64,000 nucleotides of DNA from a phage, in the sequence record PX104378.1; one strand, written 5' to 3'. The translations under genes and the position numbers were made by a program. The notes beneath the pieces are model-generated. The model was not told where the DNA came from and did not search any database. It saw only the letters and a program-made list of their open reading frames with translations. Of this stretch, positions 47,628 to 57,009 are shown piece by piece (within the stretch, counting starts at the first letter, position 1; each line of letters begins with the position of its first letter).

Positions 47628-48797
47628 TTACCAATCAATCTTATCAGCCGGAATTAGTTTCTTATAATTCCGTAGATAGTAAGTTTTCATTGAAGCCAGA
47701 ATACGGTCATAATCAAGACCATCAAATGCAATCATCAGACACATGAAAATATATGCTTGTGCATCACCATGTTTACGTGATTCGATAGTCGCATTGGATG
47801 CATATGTCTTTCTGTCTTCTCCCGCGTGTGCGTTATAAAATTCTGTTGCTGTCGTAAAGGCATTGCGAAGAATGGACCTGAATGCTTCCTCGAATAGCTC
47901 GATTCGTTCCAGTGCTTCCGGTTCGCCTTCATATGCAGCACGCAAATCATCGGTTTCGCTTTCTACGACATAGTAGATCAGGTTATTAGGAAACATCGAT
48001 GTGTTTTTAATGTTATGCACACCAATATACCATTCACTCTTCACCTTGAACATTTGACCGTCTTTAGTGCGTGCAACAATTCCTTCGATACCTTCTGCGG
48101 TCCTAACTTCATCAAGAATATTGCTAAAACGCGCTGAATCAACCTGTAACGCATTTACCATATGAGGACGTAGGATTGCATCAGCAAATAGCATTTGATG
48201 CGGTACATACTCTCCTGTGACGTTATGGCGTACATTCAGAAGTGTCAGCGACGGTTCAGAATATTCTACAACAATTCGGTTGCTGGGTGCTGTATATTCA
48301 AAGTTGAAAGTATAATCAGACCCAATATCGGCGATCTTAGCGCGTAGATCCGCATACTTCTCTGAATACAGAAGACCGTTTGCTCTCTCTGCCTGGCTTG
48401 AGTACAAGGCCGCTTTAGACTTCAACTGAACATAGCCGTTATCAATGTATGTGCTTACTAGACTACCGTCCATTTTGTCCATGACCATTTCCACATCTTC
48501 CGGCTTAAAGCGAGCGCGATCATTCTCACCCAAATTAAAAAACTTCTCCATAGGACGAGATGCAATGCGGACCGGACGACCTTTATCGTCAATTTCAAAC
48601 ATGATCCCGCGACACTCTAACGCATCTGGTTTATTCCACATTTCCGGTTTGCTCAAGTACAGATAGCTAAAAATGCGCATACGGGTTTGCATCGCCGTAA
48701 TTTCATCTTTGTAATAGAACGTATCAGATCCGTCACATAGTGCCATCAGATTTTTGAACAATGCTAAAATTTTTTTGTTGTTTTCTTTTGTTGACAT
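47628..48797 (-). CDS. rnlA: RNA ligase 1
   Basis: 389 aa; ligase motif KMDGSL; long identical block PDALECRGIMFE...VRIASRPMEKFFNL to T4 Rnl1 as recalled. Confidence 0.92.
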   Translation of the reverse strand: MSTKENNKKILALFKNLMALCDGSDTFYYKDEITAMQTRMRIFSYLYLSKPEMWNKPDALECRGIMFEIDDKGRPVRIASRPMEKFFNLGENDRARFKPEDVEMVMDKMDGSLVSTYIDNGYVQLKSKAALYSSQAERANGLLYSEKYADLRAKIADIGSDYTFNFEYTAPSNRIVVEYSEPSLTLLNVRHNVTGEYVPHQMLFADAILRPHMVNALQVDSARFSNILDEVRTAEGIEGIVARTKDGQMFKVKSEWYIGVHNIKNTSMFPNNLIYYVVESETDDLRAAYEGEPEALERIELFEEAFRSILRNAFTTATEFYNAHAGEDRKTYASNATIESRKHGDAQAYIFMCLMIAFDGLDYDRILASMKTYYLRNYKKLIPADKIDW

Positions 48798-49194
48798 AAT
48801 TTGTGTTCCATTCCGGTTTAAATTTGGTGATCAAAACAGGTTCTTCGATATCGGCAGTGCTTATAATATCTTTACCCGTTGGATTCTCTATGTACAACTC
48901 AAAGCACTGGCGGTAATAGAATGTTACTGTCTTCCCTTCCTCTAGCGCCTTATGAATATTCTTACTCTTGCGAGTATCCGCCGTTGGTGTCTGTCTGTTA
49001 ATGCTAGTCCGGTAATAGTTGATCCGCTTTCTGAGATTAACAGTCTGACCAATATATACCAGTTCATCATCAACCACAATAGCGTAAAGAACATTTAAAC
49101 GGTTCTTCTGAGGCGGTAGAATCACATCACCATCTTTACACTCTAAACATGAATATTTAACGAATCCATAGTTTTCTATTAGCTCATTAATCAT
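48733..49194 (-). CDS. denA: Endonuclease II (GIY-YIG)
   Basis: 153 aa; VLYAIVVDDELVYIGQTVNLRKRINYYRT matches T4 EndoII GIY-YIG core as recalled; C-terminal extension overlaps rnlA start. Confidence 0.9.
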   Translation of the reverse strand: MINELIENYGFVKYSCLECKDGDVILPPQKNRLNVLYAIVVDDELVYIGQTVNLRKRINYYRTSINRQTPTADTRKSKNIHKALEEGKTVTFYYRQCFELYIENPTGKDIISTADIEEPVLITKFKPEWNTNYVNKRKQQKNFSIVQKSDGTM

Positions 49195-49214
49195 TATCCT
49201 TTCCTCACGTCACA

Positions 49215-49238
49215 ACAAAGGCGGGATTTCTCCCGCCC
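49215..49238 (-). terminator. Intrinsic terminator after 49245..49643
   Basis: Minus-strand hairpin GGCGGGA-GAAA-TCCCGCC followed by TTTGTTG. Confidence 0.55.
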
Positions 49239-49244
49239 ACCTTA

Positions 49245-49643
49245 TTAACTTTCCAGAATATCGCGAGCTTCGTTACGCTCCTTGATGATTTTCAGGACAA
49301 ATTCCAGTTTTTCTTTGTTCAGTGTTCCGTTTTCCATTGCTTCTTTGACGGTAAACACTCCGCCACCTTGCCCGTATACAGTGACAGTGATTTCACCTAA
49401 CATCGTGGTATGAAAACCGCCAATTTTCGGTGATTCGAAAGAAACAATTACCTCGCGGACAGTATTACCGTCGTTGATTTCTGAGAGGGTAATGTCGTTT
49501 TTGTAGGCGGTTGCTTTAACCATACGGATCAGCATAGTCTGATCTGGGGAGATGGTCATTTTGTCCATTGCATGTTGCAATGCAGCGTAACCGAAAACTT
49601 TAACGAAATCCAGAACGTCTTTGCGAGTTTGAAATTTAATCAT
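49245..49643 (-). CDS. Hypothetical early protein
   Basis: 132 aa; ATG with SD downstream of promoter cassette; terminator downstream. Confidence 0.6.
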   Translation of the reverse strand: MIKFQTRKDVLDFVKVFGYAALQHAMDKMTISPDQTMLIRMVKATAYKNDITLSEINDGNTVREVIVSFESPKIGGFHTTMLGEITVTVYGQGGGVFTVKEAMENGTLNKEKLEFVLKIIKERNEARDILES

Positions 49644-49684
49644 CTTGATACTCCTTAGTAAGTTAGTTTCGTTTCGATGGGGGT

Positions 49685-49713
49685 ATATTACTACCCCCGT
49701 TCCATGCTGTCAA
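49685..49713 (-). promoter_or_regulatory. Early promoter cassette P10 (TTGACA-N17-TAATAT, palindromic spacer)
   Basis: Upstream of 49245..49643; -35 abuts stop codon of upstream gene. Confidence 0.5.
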
Positions 49714-49932
49714 CTACTTTTTAATGACAAGTTCGAATTTTGCTACCTTGCGTCCTCTTTTATTGAAAGCAACCCACGGACGGTTTTCAATGTAGAACAA
49801 TTCTTCGCCAATAAAGAATACTGGCTGATTGTAAAGGCGACCCATCAGGTCACGCTGGCGAATGGTAGTAGATTCGTATACTTCTCCTACTACAAAGTGT
49901 TTGCTGATAGAGTCGGTGCAAGTAAATTTCAT
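49714..49932 (-). CDS. Small early protein
   Basis: 72 aa; promoter cassette upstream. Confidence 0.55.
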   Translation of the reverse strand: MKFTCTDSISKHFVVGEVYESTTIRQRDLMGRLYNQPVFFIGEELFYIENRPWVAFNKRGRKVAKFELVIKK

Positions 49933-49965
49933 TTTGATTCTCCTTTGTTTCTTTTCGATGGGGGT

Positions 49966-49994
49966 ATATTACTACCCCCGTTATTCAGTGTCAA
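49966..49994 (-). promoter_or_regulatory. Early promoter cassette P11 (near copy of P10)
   Basis: Upstream of 49714..49932. Confidence 0.5.
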
Positions 49995-50001
49995 CTACTT
50001 T

Positions 50002-50220
50002 TTACTTGTTGTATTCATTCCACCATTGGGTGAGCTTATCAATTATTTTTGTGTTTCTATCCAACTTATCCCACCGTTTTCGAGGGTTTATCAACCGGAA
50101 TAGGTAAGGTGTACTTGTTAAGTGGACTCGGTCAATATAGTGATTGATGTACTGTTTTTCGATTCTAAGTTTCATCTTTTTACGATGAAAATATGCAATG
50201 ACTTGTTCTTCTGTTTCCAT
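50002..50220 (-). CDS. Small early protein
   Basis: 72 aa; promoter cassette upstream. Confidence 0.55.
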   Translation of the reverse strand: METEEQVIAYFHRKKMKLRIEKQYINHYIDRVHLTSTPYLFRLINPRKRWDKLDRNTKIIDKLTQWWNEYNK

Positions 50221-50244
50221 ATGTTCCTCCGTTTCGATGTGCGT

Positions 50245-50273
50245 ATTATGCTATGGCAAGATCCTATTGTCAA
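50245..50273 (-). promoter_or_regulatory. Early promoter cassette P12 (TTGACA-N17-CATAAT)
   Basis: Upstream of 50002..50220. Confidence 0.5.
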
Positions 50274-50284
50274 CACCCAATAAC

Positions 50285-50308
50285 AAAAAAGTCGCCACTA
50301 TGGGCGAC
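50285..50308 (-). terminator. Intrinsic terminator after 50321..50797
   Basis: Minus-strand hairpin GTCGCCC-ATAG-TGGCGAC followed by TTTTTT. Confidence 0.6.
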
Positions 50309-50320
50309 TTTGAACAAACA

Positions 50321-50797
50321 TTAATCATGACCGTGATTTGCAATATCCGCTCGCGTCGTATCTTTGTGATTTCCTACGTCAAAGACACGATAACCATTTT
50401 CACGCAAAACTTTAATCACTTCTGGGTTATCTTCGAATACTCCCACCACTTCATCTTTATCAAATGATTTAATTACTTCCAGTTTGATGTGATAGTCTTT
50501 ACGGGAATCGGTACGGCCTCTCATAAAGATTTTATCAAAACACACCCCGTTAGAAATTAACCAATCCAGTGTTTCCATGTAAGCATGTGAACTTCGTCCG
50601 GTGAGGATGTAAATCAAATGCCCGTTGTCGGAAAGAGCATTGATAACACGGATTACATCGTAAATGGGGGAATCTCCCCCACATGCCTTGTTATATTCGA
50701 TCCATGACTCGACTTTATCAAGATTTTCGGTTGGCATCTTTGCTAGTCGATGCGTTGGATCTGTGATCGTAAAATCTAAATCGACAAAATATATCAT
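50321..50797 (-). CDS. HAD-like phosphatase/nucleotidase-like protein
   Basis: 158 aa; N-terminal VDLDFTITD resembles HAD motif I; ATGA coupling to nrdB. Confidence 0.45.
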   Translation of the reverse strand: MIYFVDLDFTITDPTHRLAKMPTENLDKVESWIEYNKACGGDSPIYDVIRVINALSDNGHLIYILTGRSSHAYMETLDWLISNGVCFDKIFMRGRTDSRKDYHIKLEVIKSFDKDEVVGVFEDNPEVIKVLRENGYRVFDVGNHKDTTRADIANHGHD

Positions 50798-51954
50798 AGA
50801 TATTTCCCGAATCGGTTGTAGTCGTCGTCTGTTAAATCGGTATTAACCTGAGATACCAGATACATGATCTCTACTTCTTGCGCCGCGTTTTGAACTTCGT
50901 CAGAGTTTAACCACTTACGCATCCACGGTAAAGGATGACGACGAACACTAAACGGGCTTTTCAGTCCGGCAGCACGCATACGGGAATCTGCCAGGTATTC
51001 TACATAGGTTTTCAGAATTTCCGGTGACAGATTAGGAATTGCCCCCATTGCGAATAAGTGATCTACCCATTCTTTTTCTTGCTCGACAACATCCAGAAAG
51101 ATTTTCGTTGCTTCGTCTTCAAGTTCTTCCGCAATCTGTTTCCACTCATCACCATCAGCCCCCGTTTGCCATTGACGAATAATGTATTGTGTGCCTTTTA
51201 AGTGAAGTTGTTCATCACGCGCAATAAATTTCATGATCTTCGCGTTGCCTTCCAGTAAACCACGTTCGGCAAAGCTGAAAGTACACGCAAAGGACACATA
51301 AAAACGGATTGCTTCCAGTGCATTGACGCAGTGTGCACACAGATAAATCGAAGCCATCAGATCTCGTTTTGTATCTTCAAAAAATCTTCTTGCATCATCT
51401 AATGCTGTCGGGTCGTCTCGTTCTTCCCAATAGCGGAGATCTTCTTTTGCGTTCTCATACTTACGAATCCAATAGAGAACATCATCATAATATTGCCCGA
51501 TAGATTCTGCTCGCTTCATGATAGCCGGGTTATCGATGATCTGGTCGAACTCACTAGCCGGATCAATGAAACAGTTACGCATAATGTGAGTATAACTGCG
51601 GCTATGAATCGTTTCGCTGAATGTCCATGTTTGCAACCATGTATCAAGAGTCGGATCGGATACAATTGGACCAAATGCTGCGGACGGTGCGCGACCTTGA
51701 ATAGAATCAAGTAATGTCTGATACTTCAAGTTTTCTGTGAAGAAACGCTTTTCAACGTCACCCATATTAAGATATTGAATACGGTCGGTTGCAAGTGAAA
51801 TTTCTTCGGGACGCCAGAAAAATGACAGAGATTTTTCGATCAGTTCTTCAAATACTTGATGACGCTGAATATCATAGCGAGCGATACCCAACCCACTACC
51901 CAGAAACATCGGTTCGTTCATAATATCAACATGTTCGCGGTTAAATACGCTCAT
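50794..51954 (-). CDS. nrdB: Ribonucleotide reductase beta subunit
   Basis: 386 aa vs T4 NrdB 388 aa; ferritin-like fold; position before nrdA. Confidence 0.88.
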   Translation of the reverse strand: MSVFNREHVDIMNEPMFLGSGLGIARYDIQRHQVFEELIEKSLSFFWRPEEISLATDRIQYLNMGDVEKRFFTENLKYQTLLDSIQGRAPSAAFGPIVSDPTLDTWLQTWTFSETIHSRSYTHIMRNCFIDPASEFDQIIDNPAIMKRAESIGQYYDDVLYWIRKYENAKEDLRYWEERDDPTALDDARRFFEDTKRDLMASIYLCAHCVNALEAIRFYVSFACTFSFAERGLLEGNAKIMKFIARDEQLHLKGTQYIIRQWQTGADGDEWKQIAEELEDEATKIFLDVVEQEKEWVDHLFAMGAIPNLSPEILKTYVEYLADSRMRAAGLKSPFSVRRHPLPWMRKWLNSDEVQNAAQEVEIMYLVSQVNTDLTDDDYNRFGKYL

Positions 51955-51969
51955 TAATTCACCTCACTA

Positions 51970-52137
51970 TCACTTTTTAACACAAAAGAACTTAGTATTT
52001 CTGTTTATTTCGTTATCCTGTTGCAATTCCTGCACGGCTTCAAAACAACTTTGATGTGATGAAAACTCCACGCTGGTAACAGTTCCTTTATTATATAAGC
52101 CTACGCTAACGGAAAGCAATAACCATATTGTGGCCAT
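51970..52137 (-). CDS. Small protein (55 aa), tandem paralog; not in ORF table
   Basis: MATIWLLLSVSVGLYNKGTVTSVEFSSHQSCFEAVQELQQDNEINRNTKFFCVKK; start overlaps stop of upstream paralog. Confidence 0.5.
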   Translation of the reverse strand: MATIWLLLSVSVGLYNKGTVTSVEFSSHQSCFEAVQELQQDNEINRNTKFFCVKK

Positions 52138-52310
52138 TAGTTCACCTTCTGCTTTTCAACACAGTACAGATTCATAAAGCGTTTATTGTCTTCGCGGATA
52201 ATCTCGCGAGCTTTAACGCAATCCTGCTTTGTTGCAAATTCAATGCTTGACATATTTCCGTAATTATACATTGAATTGCTGATTGCAATCAATAACCATA
52301 CAGTAGCCAT
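52137..52310 (-). CDS. Small protein (57 aa), tandem paralog; not in ORF table
   Basis: MATVWLLIAISNSMYNYGNMSSIEFATKQDCVKAREIIREDNKRFMNLYCVEKQKVN; hydrophobic N-terminus. Confidence 0.5.
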   Translation of the reverse strand: MATVWLLIAISNSMYNYGNMSSIEFATKQDCVKAREIIREDNKRFMNLYCVEKQKVN

Positions 52311-52477
52311 TATTCGACAACCTCAAAGCATTTATCATCAGGAAGAATAGCCCATTCTACGCCGTATTCATCCTCAACGTAGTAGCAAGCCCCATCATGT
52401 CGAGCATCATATACATCACCGACAACAAAGCTATCGGCTAGTTCAAAATCTACAGCAACACATTTTAATTTGATCAT
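52310..52477 (-). CDS. Small protein (55 aa)
   Basis: Start trimmed to ATG (MIKLKCVAVDF) with SD GAGGA; promoter-like element upstream. Confidence 0.5.
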   Translation of the reverse strand: MIKLKCVAVDFELADSFVVGDVYDARHDGACYYVEDEYGVEWAILPDDKCFEVVE

Positions 52478-52508
52478 AATAAAATCCTCACTTGTTTTTG
52501 ATGGTTGA

Positions 52509-52537
52509 ATTATAGCGGGGATTTCTCCCCGCGTCAA
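52509..52537 (-). promoter_or_regulatory. Promoter-like cassette P15 (TTGACG-N17-TATAAT, palindromic spacer) just after nrdA stop
   Basis: Upstream of 52310..52477; the hairpin may double as a post-nrdA structure. Confidence 0.45.
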
Positions 52538-52545
52538 CACTTATT

Positions 52546-54789
52546 TTACAGCTTGCAAGATGAACATTCGCTAGCGTCTTCCGTACCATCAGCACCATCA
52601 CGCACGTTAGCGTAATACAGTGTCTTGAGGCCGTAATATTGAGCAAACAACATATCATCTAATACATCAGCAATATCGACTTTACCAGTCTTATAAGTGC
52701 TTGGATCGTAGGATGTATTGGAACTAATCGCCTGATCTACAAACTTCTGCATGATCGCTGCCAGTGTCAGATAAGGCTTGTTACCTTTCTTGATCAGTGT
52801 CCAAAGCAGGTCAATAACATCAGCATTATTCTCTACGTTCGGAATAACCTGATTAAATTGCCCTTCTTTCGATCCTTTAACCGATACAATCCCGCGAGGC
52901 GGTTCAATACCGTTTGTACTGTTAGACACCTGAGAAGACGACTCACAAGGCATCAGCGCCGAAAGCGTACTGTTACGAATGCCATATTTTTTCAGGTCTT
53001 CGCGCAGTTCTTCCCAATCCATCTCATACACCGGGTCAACCAGTTCATCTACTGTCTTTTTGTACCAGTCGATAGGCAGTTCACCGCGTCCATAACGTGT
53101 TTCGTGTATCAGTTCGCAAGCACCTTTCTCTTTAGCCAGTTGCACACTAGCCTTAATCAGAGCATATTGCAAGCGTTCAAACGTTTTATGCGTAAACTCG
53201 TTAGCGTCTTCATATGTGAAGAAATTATCCGCCAGATATGATGCAAAGTTAGTCACACCAACACCCAGAGAGCGACGTTTTTTGGCTGTCAGAGCTTGTT
53301 CTACAGGATAATCCTGATAATCTAACAGGTTGTCAAGTGCACGCACCATAACCATAGCGATCCGCTCTACTTCTTCCATATTTTCGATATCGAAATTACC
53401 TAAAACATATGCTGCCAAAGTACATAGGCTGATCTCTGAATCATCACGACCCATCGGTTTTGTCGGCAGAGCAATTTCACAACACAGGTTAGATTGTTTA
53501 ATCGGTGCTACATTACGAATAAACGCCCCGTGATTGTTCATGTTGTCTGTGAACGCTGGATAGATTCGACCAGTGTTAAAACGTTCAATTGCCACCGCTA
53601 AAAACAGGTCTTCGGCTTTAACACGAGTTTTACGAACACTCGGATCTTTTTCCAGTTTTTCGTAAAGCTGGCGGAAACCTTCCTCATCTCGGAAGTACAG
53701 ATCCCACAACAAGCCACCCGCAACATCTGGACTAAACAGAGTAATGTAATCCCGTTTAAGGAATCGCTCTACCATCAGGTTATTAATCTGTACGCCGTAG
53801 TCAAGATGGCGAATGCGGTTATCTTCCACGCCCTTATTGTTCTTTAACACAATCAGACTTTCAAACTCTAAATGCCACATTGGGTAATAGAGTGTCGCTG
53901 CCCCGCCACGAATACCGCCTTGTGAGCATGACTTAACGGCAGTCTGAAAATGTTTCCAGAATGGGATAACGCCAGTATGACGAACTTCACCATGCCCGAT
54001 CTTAGATCCTTCCGCGCGAATCATACCAGCATTGATACCGATGCCAGCACGCTTGCTAATATACTTGATGATTGCATTTGCGGTTTCATTAATACCCTGC
54101 AATGAATCATCAGATTCGATCACCACACACGAACTAAATTGTCGTGTTGGAGTACGCACACCAGCCATAATCGGAGTAGGCAGAGAGATTTGCTTATTCG
54201 CAACAGCATTATAAAAATCAATCACATGTTCAAGTCGATTTTCTGTCTCTTCTTGATGCAAGCACATACCGATCAGCATATACGCAAATTGCGGTGTTTC
54301 GATGATTTTCTTAGTGCTGCGATCCTGAACAAGATACTTCTCTTTTAACTGCATTGCACCCGCATAGGTCATTTTAAAATCAAGTTTATGGTCGATGAAT
54401 TTCTCCAGATATTCCACTTCTTCACGGGAATATTTTTGCAGAATTTCGCGATCATATTTTCCGGTTGCAATATTACGCTCAATATGGCTATAAAAATCAA
54501 TAGGTTGGAATTGACCGTATACTGATTTACGAAGTGCGAACATTGCAAGGTTACTTGCTACATATTGATAATCAGGTGTTTCTACAGTAATGTTATCTGC
54601 GGCGACCTTAATCAATACTTTCTGGATATCATTGGTAGACATACCTTCTGTCAGAAGTGGTTCAACCATATCAAACAATTCATATGGATCAACGTTATGA
54701 CCTTCGGCTGCCGCTTCCAGAATTTTCATTACTTTTTCTTTTTCAAACGGAACAGTCAGACCGGAAGACTTAACAACATTTTTAATCAT
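52546..54789 (-). CDS. nrdA: Ribonucleotide reductase alpha subunit
   Basis: 747 aa vs T4 NrdA 754 aa; ATP-cone N-terminus; C-terminal CSSCKL redox tail. Confidence 0.92.
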   Translation of the reverse strand: MIKNVVKSSGLTVPFEKEKVMKILEAAAEGHNVDPYELFDMVEPLLTEGMSTNDIQKVLIKVAADNITVETPDYQYVASNLAMFALRKSVYGQFQPIDFYSHIERNIATGKYDREILQKYSREEVEYLEKFIDHKLDFKMTYAGAMQLKEKYLVQDRSTKKIIETPQFAYMLIGMCLHQEETENRLEHVIDFYNAVANKQISLPTPIMAGVRTPTRQFSSCVVIESDDSLQGINETANAIIKYISKRAGIGINAGMIRAEGSKIGHGEVRHTGVIPFWKHFQTAVKSCSQGGIRGGAATLYYPMWHLEFESLIVLKNNKGVEDNRIRHLDYGVQINNLMVERFLKRDYITLFSPDVAGGLLWDLYFRDEEGFRQLYEKLEKDPSVRKTRVKAEDLFLAVAIERFNTGRIYPAFTDNMNNHGAFIRNVAPIKQSNLCCEIALPTKPMGRDDSEISLCTLAAYVLGNFDIENMEEVERIAMVMVRALDNLLDYQDYPVEQALTAKKRRSLGVGVTNFASYLADNFFTYEDANEFTHKTFERLQYALIKASVQLAKEKGACELIHETRYGRGELPIDWYKKTVDELVDPVYEMDWEELREDLKKYGIRNSTLSALMPCESSSQVSNSTNGIEPPRGIVSVKGSKEGQFNQVIPNVENNADVIDLLWTLIKKGNKPYLTLAAIMQKFVDQAISSNTSYDPSTYKTGKVDIADVLDDMLFAQYYGLKTLYYANVRDGADGTEDASECSSCKL

Positions 54790-54859
54790 ATTACCTCACT
54801 TCATATTTTAGCAGGAACAAGTTTATCCTCCATATTGGGGGGCTTTCGCCCCCTTTTGT

Positions 54860-56092
54860 TTATACTGCCATTTGAGCGGTGATTGCTGGATGGCTTTGAT
54901 AGTTGTGAATTTTAAAGTCTTTCGGAGTCTTTGTCAATACCTCATCTAAAGATTTAAATTCCGGCAACTCAATTGTTGGTTTATCAAACGGAACACGGCT
55001 TAACTGTTCAATAACTTGATCAAAATGGTTTTTGTAAATGTGAGTATCTCCACCAGAGAAAATCAGTTCTCCTACCTCAAGATCACACATTTTCGCTATG
55101 ATGTGAGTTAACAGCGCATAGCTGGCAACATTAAAGGGCAAGCCCAAAAAGCTGTCTACGCTTCGCTGAAACCACATACAAGACAGTTTACCTTCATTGA
55201 CATAGAATTGCACGAACGGATGACATACACCTAATACAGCATTATGTGTTCCTTGTACGTTCCATGAGTCAATAATGATCCGGCGATCCGTTGGATTGTT
55301 TTTAATTTGTTCAATCACGTTTTGTAATTGGTCTTCCCAAATCTTCGGGCGATAGACATATTCTTCATCGTCTTTAGTGCTCGATGTGTCTACGTCCATA
55401 CTAGCAAAAATCGTGGTATCTGGTGCTAAAATATCCCCACCCAGATAATCACTATCAAGTAGATAACCGAAATAACCATCATCTACCCATTCCTGGAATC
55501 CCCACAAGCAATATGCATCATTAACAAAATTAGATTGAGTCTTCCAGTGGTCTGCTACTAAGAATAGATTATATTCAGAATCAAACTCTTCATAACGCAT
55601 ACCACGCCAGATAGCACATAAACGGTCTTCTGTGTCGTTGGTTGGCGTAAAGTCTTCTACCCACGGGTGTTTAAATGTATGTGTATATTTGCTCTTAACG
55701 CGCTTAATTTTGATTTCACCGTGTGGGTGAATCGGTTTGCGTCGCCACGCCATACCATACATATTGCCGACATTATAACCATTGAATCGCAAAGGATTCT
55801 TTTCTTTCATATCAAGACAGTTGCCGCGCCAAATGTCGAAGGCTTCTTCGTCAAACTTACCGCGTGTAATTTCCTGTAAGCGACGGCGGTCAAGTGATCC
55901 CTCCATAAACCATATCAACTCGCCAATTACAGAGGCTGTAGCCATCTTTTTAGTGGTCAGTAAGGGGAAACCCTTTCTTAAATCAATTCGCATCTCTGCG
56001 CCGAATTTAGAGAGCGTACCTACCCCCGTGCGGTCTTCACGAGGCCAGCCATTATCAAGAACATCACGCAACAGTTTCAAATATTCTTTCAT
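54860..56092 (-). CDS. td: Thymidylate synthase with about 130-aa internal insertion
   Basis: 410 aa; TS motifs DRTGVGT, ELIWFMEG, RRIIIDSWN, VCHPFVQFYV, SVDSFLGLPFNVASYALL, GDTHIYKNH; insertion between MYGMAWRR and DQLQNVIEQ. Confidence 0.9.
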   Translation of the reverse strand: MKEYLKLLRDVLDNGWPREDRTGVGTLSKFGAEMRIDLRKGFPLLTTKKMATASVIGELIWFMEGSLDRRRLQEITRGKFDEEAFDIWRGNCLDMKEKNPLRFNGYNVGNMYGMAWRRKPIHPHGEIKIKRVKSKYTHTFKHPWVEDFTPTNDTEDRLCAIWRGMRYEEFDSEYNLFLVADHWKTQSNFVNDAYCLWGFQEWVDDGYFGYLLDSDYLGGDILAPDTTIFASMDVDTSSTKDDEEYVYRPKIWEDQLQNVIEQIKNNPTDRRIIIDSWNVQGTHNAVLGVCHPFVQFYVNEGKLSCMWFQRSVDSFLGLPFNVASYALLTHIIAKMCDLEVGELIFSGGDTHIYKNHFDQVIEQLSRVPFDKPTIELPEFKSLDEVLTKTPKDFKIHNYQSHPAITAQMAV

Positions 56093-56333
56093 CCCACATC
56101 ACCTTTTTCTTATTGATTGCTTTCTTACGCAGTTTTGCGACTGTCTCGTCAATATCGATAAAGACAACGCCAGGATCGAATACAGTAACAGGTCTTGAAA
56201 TGTCGCTATTTTCCTGTACTGGAAGCCATGACGCTTTAGCTTCATCATAGAGATATTGTAACCCGTAATAATCTACGGCTACTGCGTAGTTTTCACTGGT
56301 AGCTGACCATAATTGAATAATGGTTATTTTCAT
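56064..56333 (-). CDS. Hypothetical protein (frd.x-like position)
   Basis: Start trimmed to ATG (MKITIIQLW); overlaps td start by 29 nt. Confidence 0.45.
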   Translation of the reverse strand: MKITIIQLWSATSENYAVAVDYYGLQYLYDEAKASWLPVQENSDISRPVTVFDPGVVFIDIDETVAKLRKKAINKKKVMWDERIFETVA

Positions 56334-56425
56334 TATTGTTCCCGTCCACAATGTAAACACCGACTACCAGCAAACATCAAAGATTCACCACAATGTTTGC
56401 ACTCATAATCTGTCAGAATTTTCAT
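56333..56425 (-). CDS. Mini zinc-ribbon ORF (30 aa), not in ORF table
   Basis: MKILTDYECKHCGESLMFAGSRCLHCGREQ with two CxxC pairs; sits between frd stop and next ATG with 1-nt overlap. Confidence 0.35.
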   Translation of the reverse strand: MKILTDYECKHCGESLMFAGSRCLHCGREQ

Positions 56426-56426
56426 G

Positions 56427-56996
56427 TTACGCCTTCTTACGTTCCAAAATTTGCTCACTGATCAGGTAATTATCAAGGAAGTAATTATGTTCTTCTTTGG
56501 TTACAAAGTCAAAATATAATTCCTGAATCATTTCCTTAGAGATACCAACATCATATTCAAATGGATCGTTGATTCCTGAACGTTGAACATACGTTAACAC
56601 AATACGGTCCGAAAAGTCAACCGCTTTTTCAATCAGGGAAGGTCCACCGATAACACTTACCAAACCTTGCGTTTTCTCCAGGACTTTTAACAGATCCTTT
56701 AATTCAATTCCAGTATACACATCTGGTTGGTCGCCGTTTTTGGCTTTCGGTGTCGGCTTGCTGGCATCGGTACTAATAACCACATTCACACGACCTTCCA
56801 GTGCTTTAGGAAGACTTTCAAAGGTATTACGTCCCATTACAACCGCCGCAAGACCAACATCTCCCATAGTGCGCATTTTAAAGTTTTCCATATCTTTTTT
56901 GATTGGACGACCCCACGGTAAACCGCCTTTAAAACCAAACGCCCAATTTTCATCTGACATTTTAGTGTCACCAATCGCAAATACACATTGAATCAT
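56427..56996 (-). CDS. frd: Dihydrofolate reductase
   Basis: 189 aa vs T4 Frd 193 aa; DHFR hallmarks LPW, VVMGRNTFESLP, VIGGPSL. Confidence 0.9.
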   Translation of the reverse strand: MIQCVFAIGDTKMSDENWAFGFKGGLPWGRPIKKDMENFKMRTMGDVGLAAVVMGRNTFESLPKALEGRVNVVISTDASKPTPKAKNGDQPDVYTGIELKDLLKVLEKTQGLVSVIGGPSLIEKAVDFSDRIVLTYVQRSGINDPFEYDVGISKEMIQELYFDFVTKEEHNYFLDNYLISEQILERKKA

Positions 56997-57009
56997 AATA
57001 TATCTCCTA

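Noticed and set aside
54837-54853. GC hairpin plus T-run reading as a plus-strand terminator between td and nrdA
   Set aside because: No plus-strand gene ends here; on the coding (minus) strand the hairpin is not followed by a U-run, so it is more likely an RNA stability or processing structure, not called as a terminator.
55500-55900. Thymidylate synthase insertion as an intein or homing-endonuclease insertion
   Set aside because: No Cys/Ser at the upstream junction and no His-Asn before a nucleophile at the downstream junction; no LAGLIDADG/HNH/GIY-YIG motifs inside.
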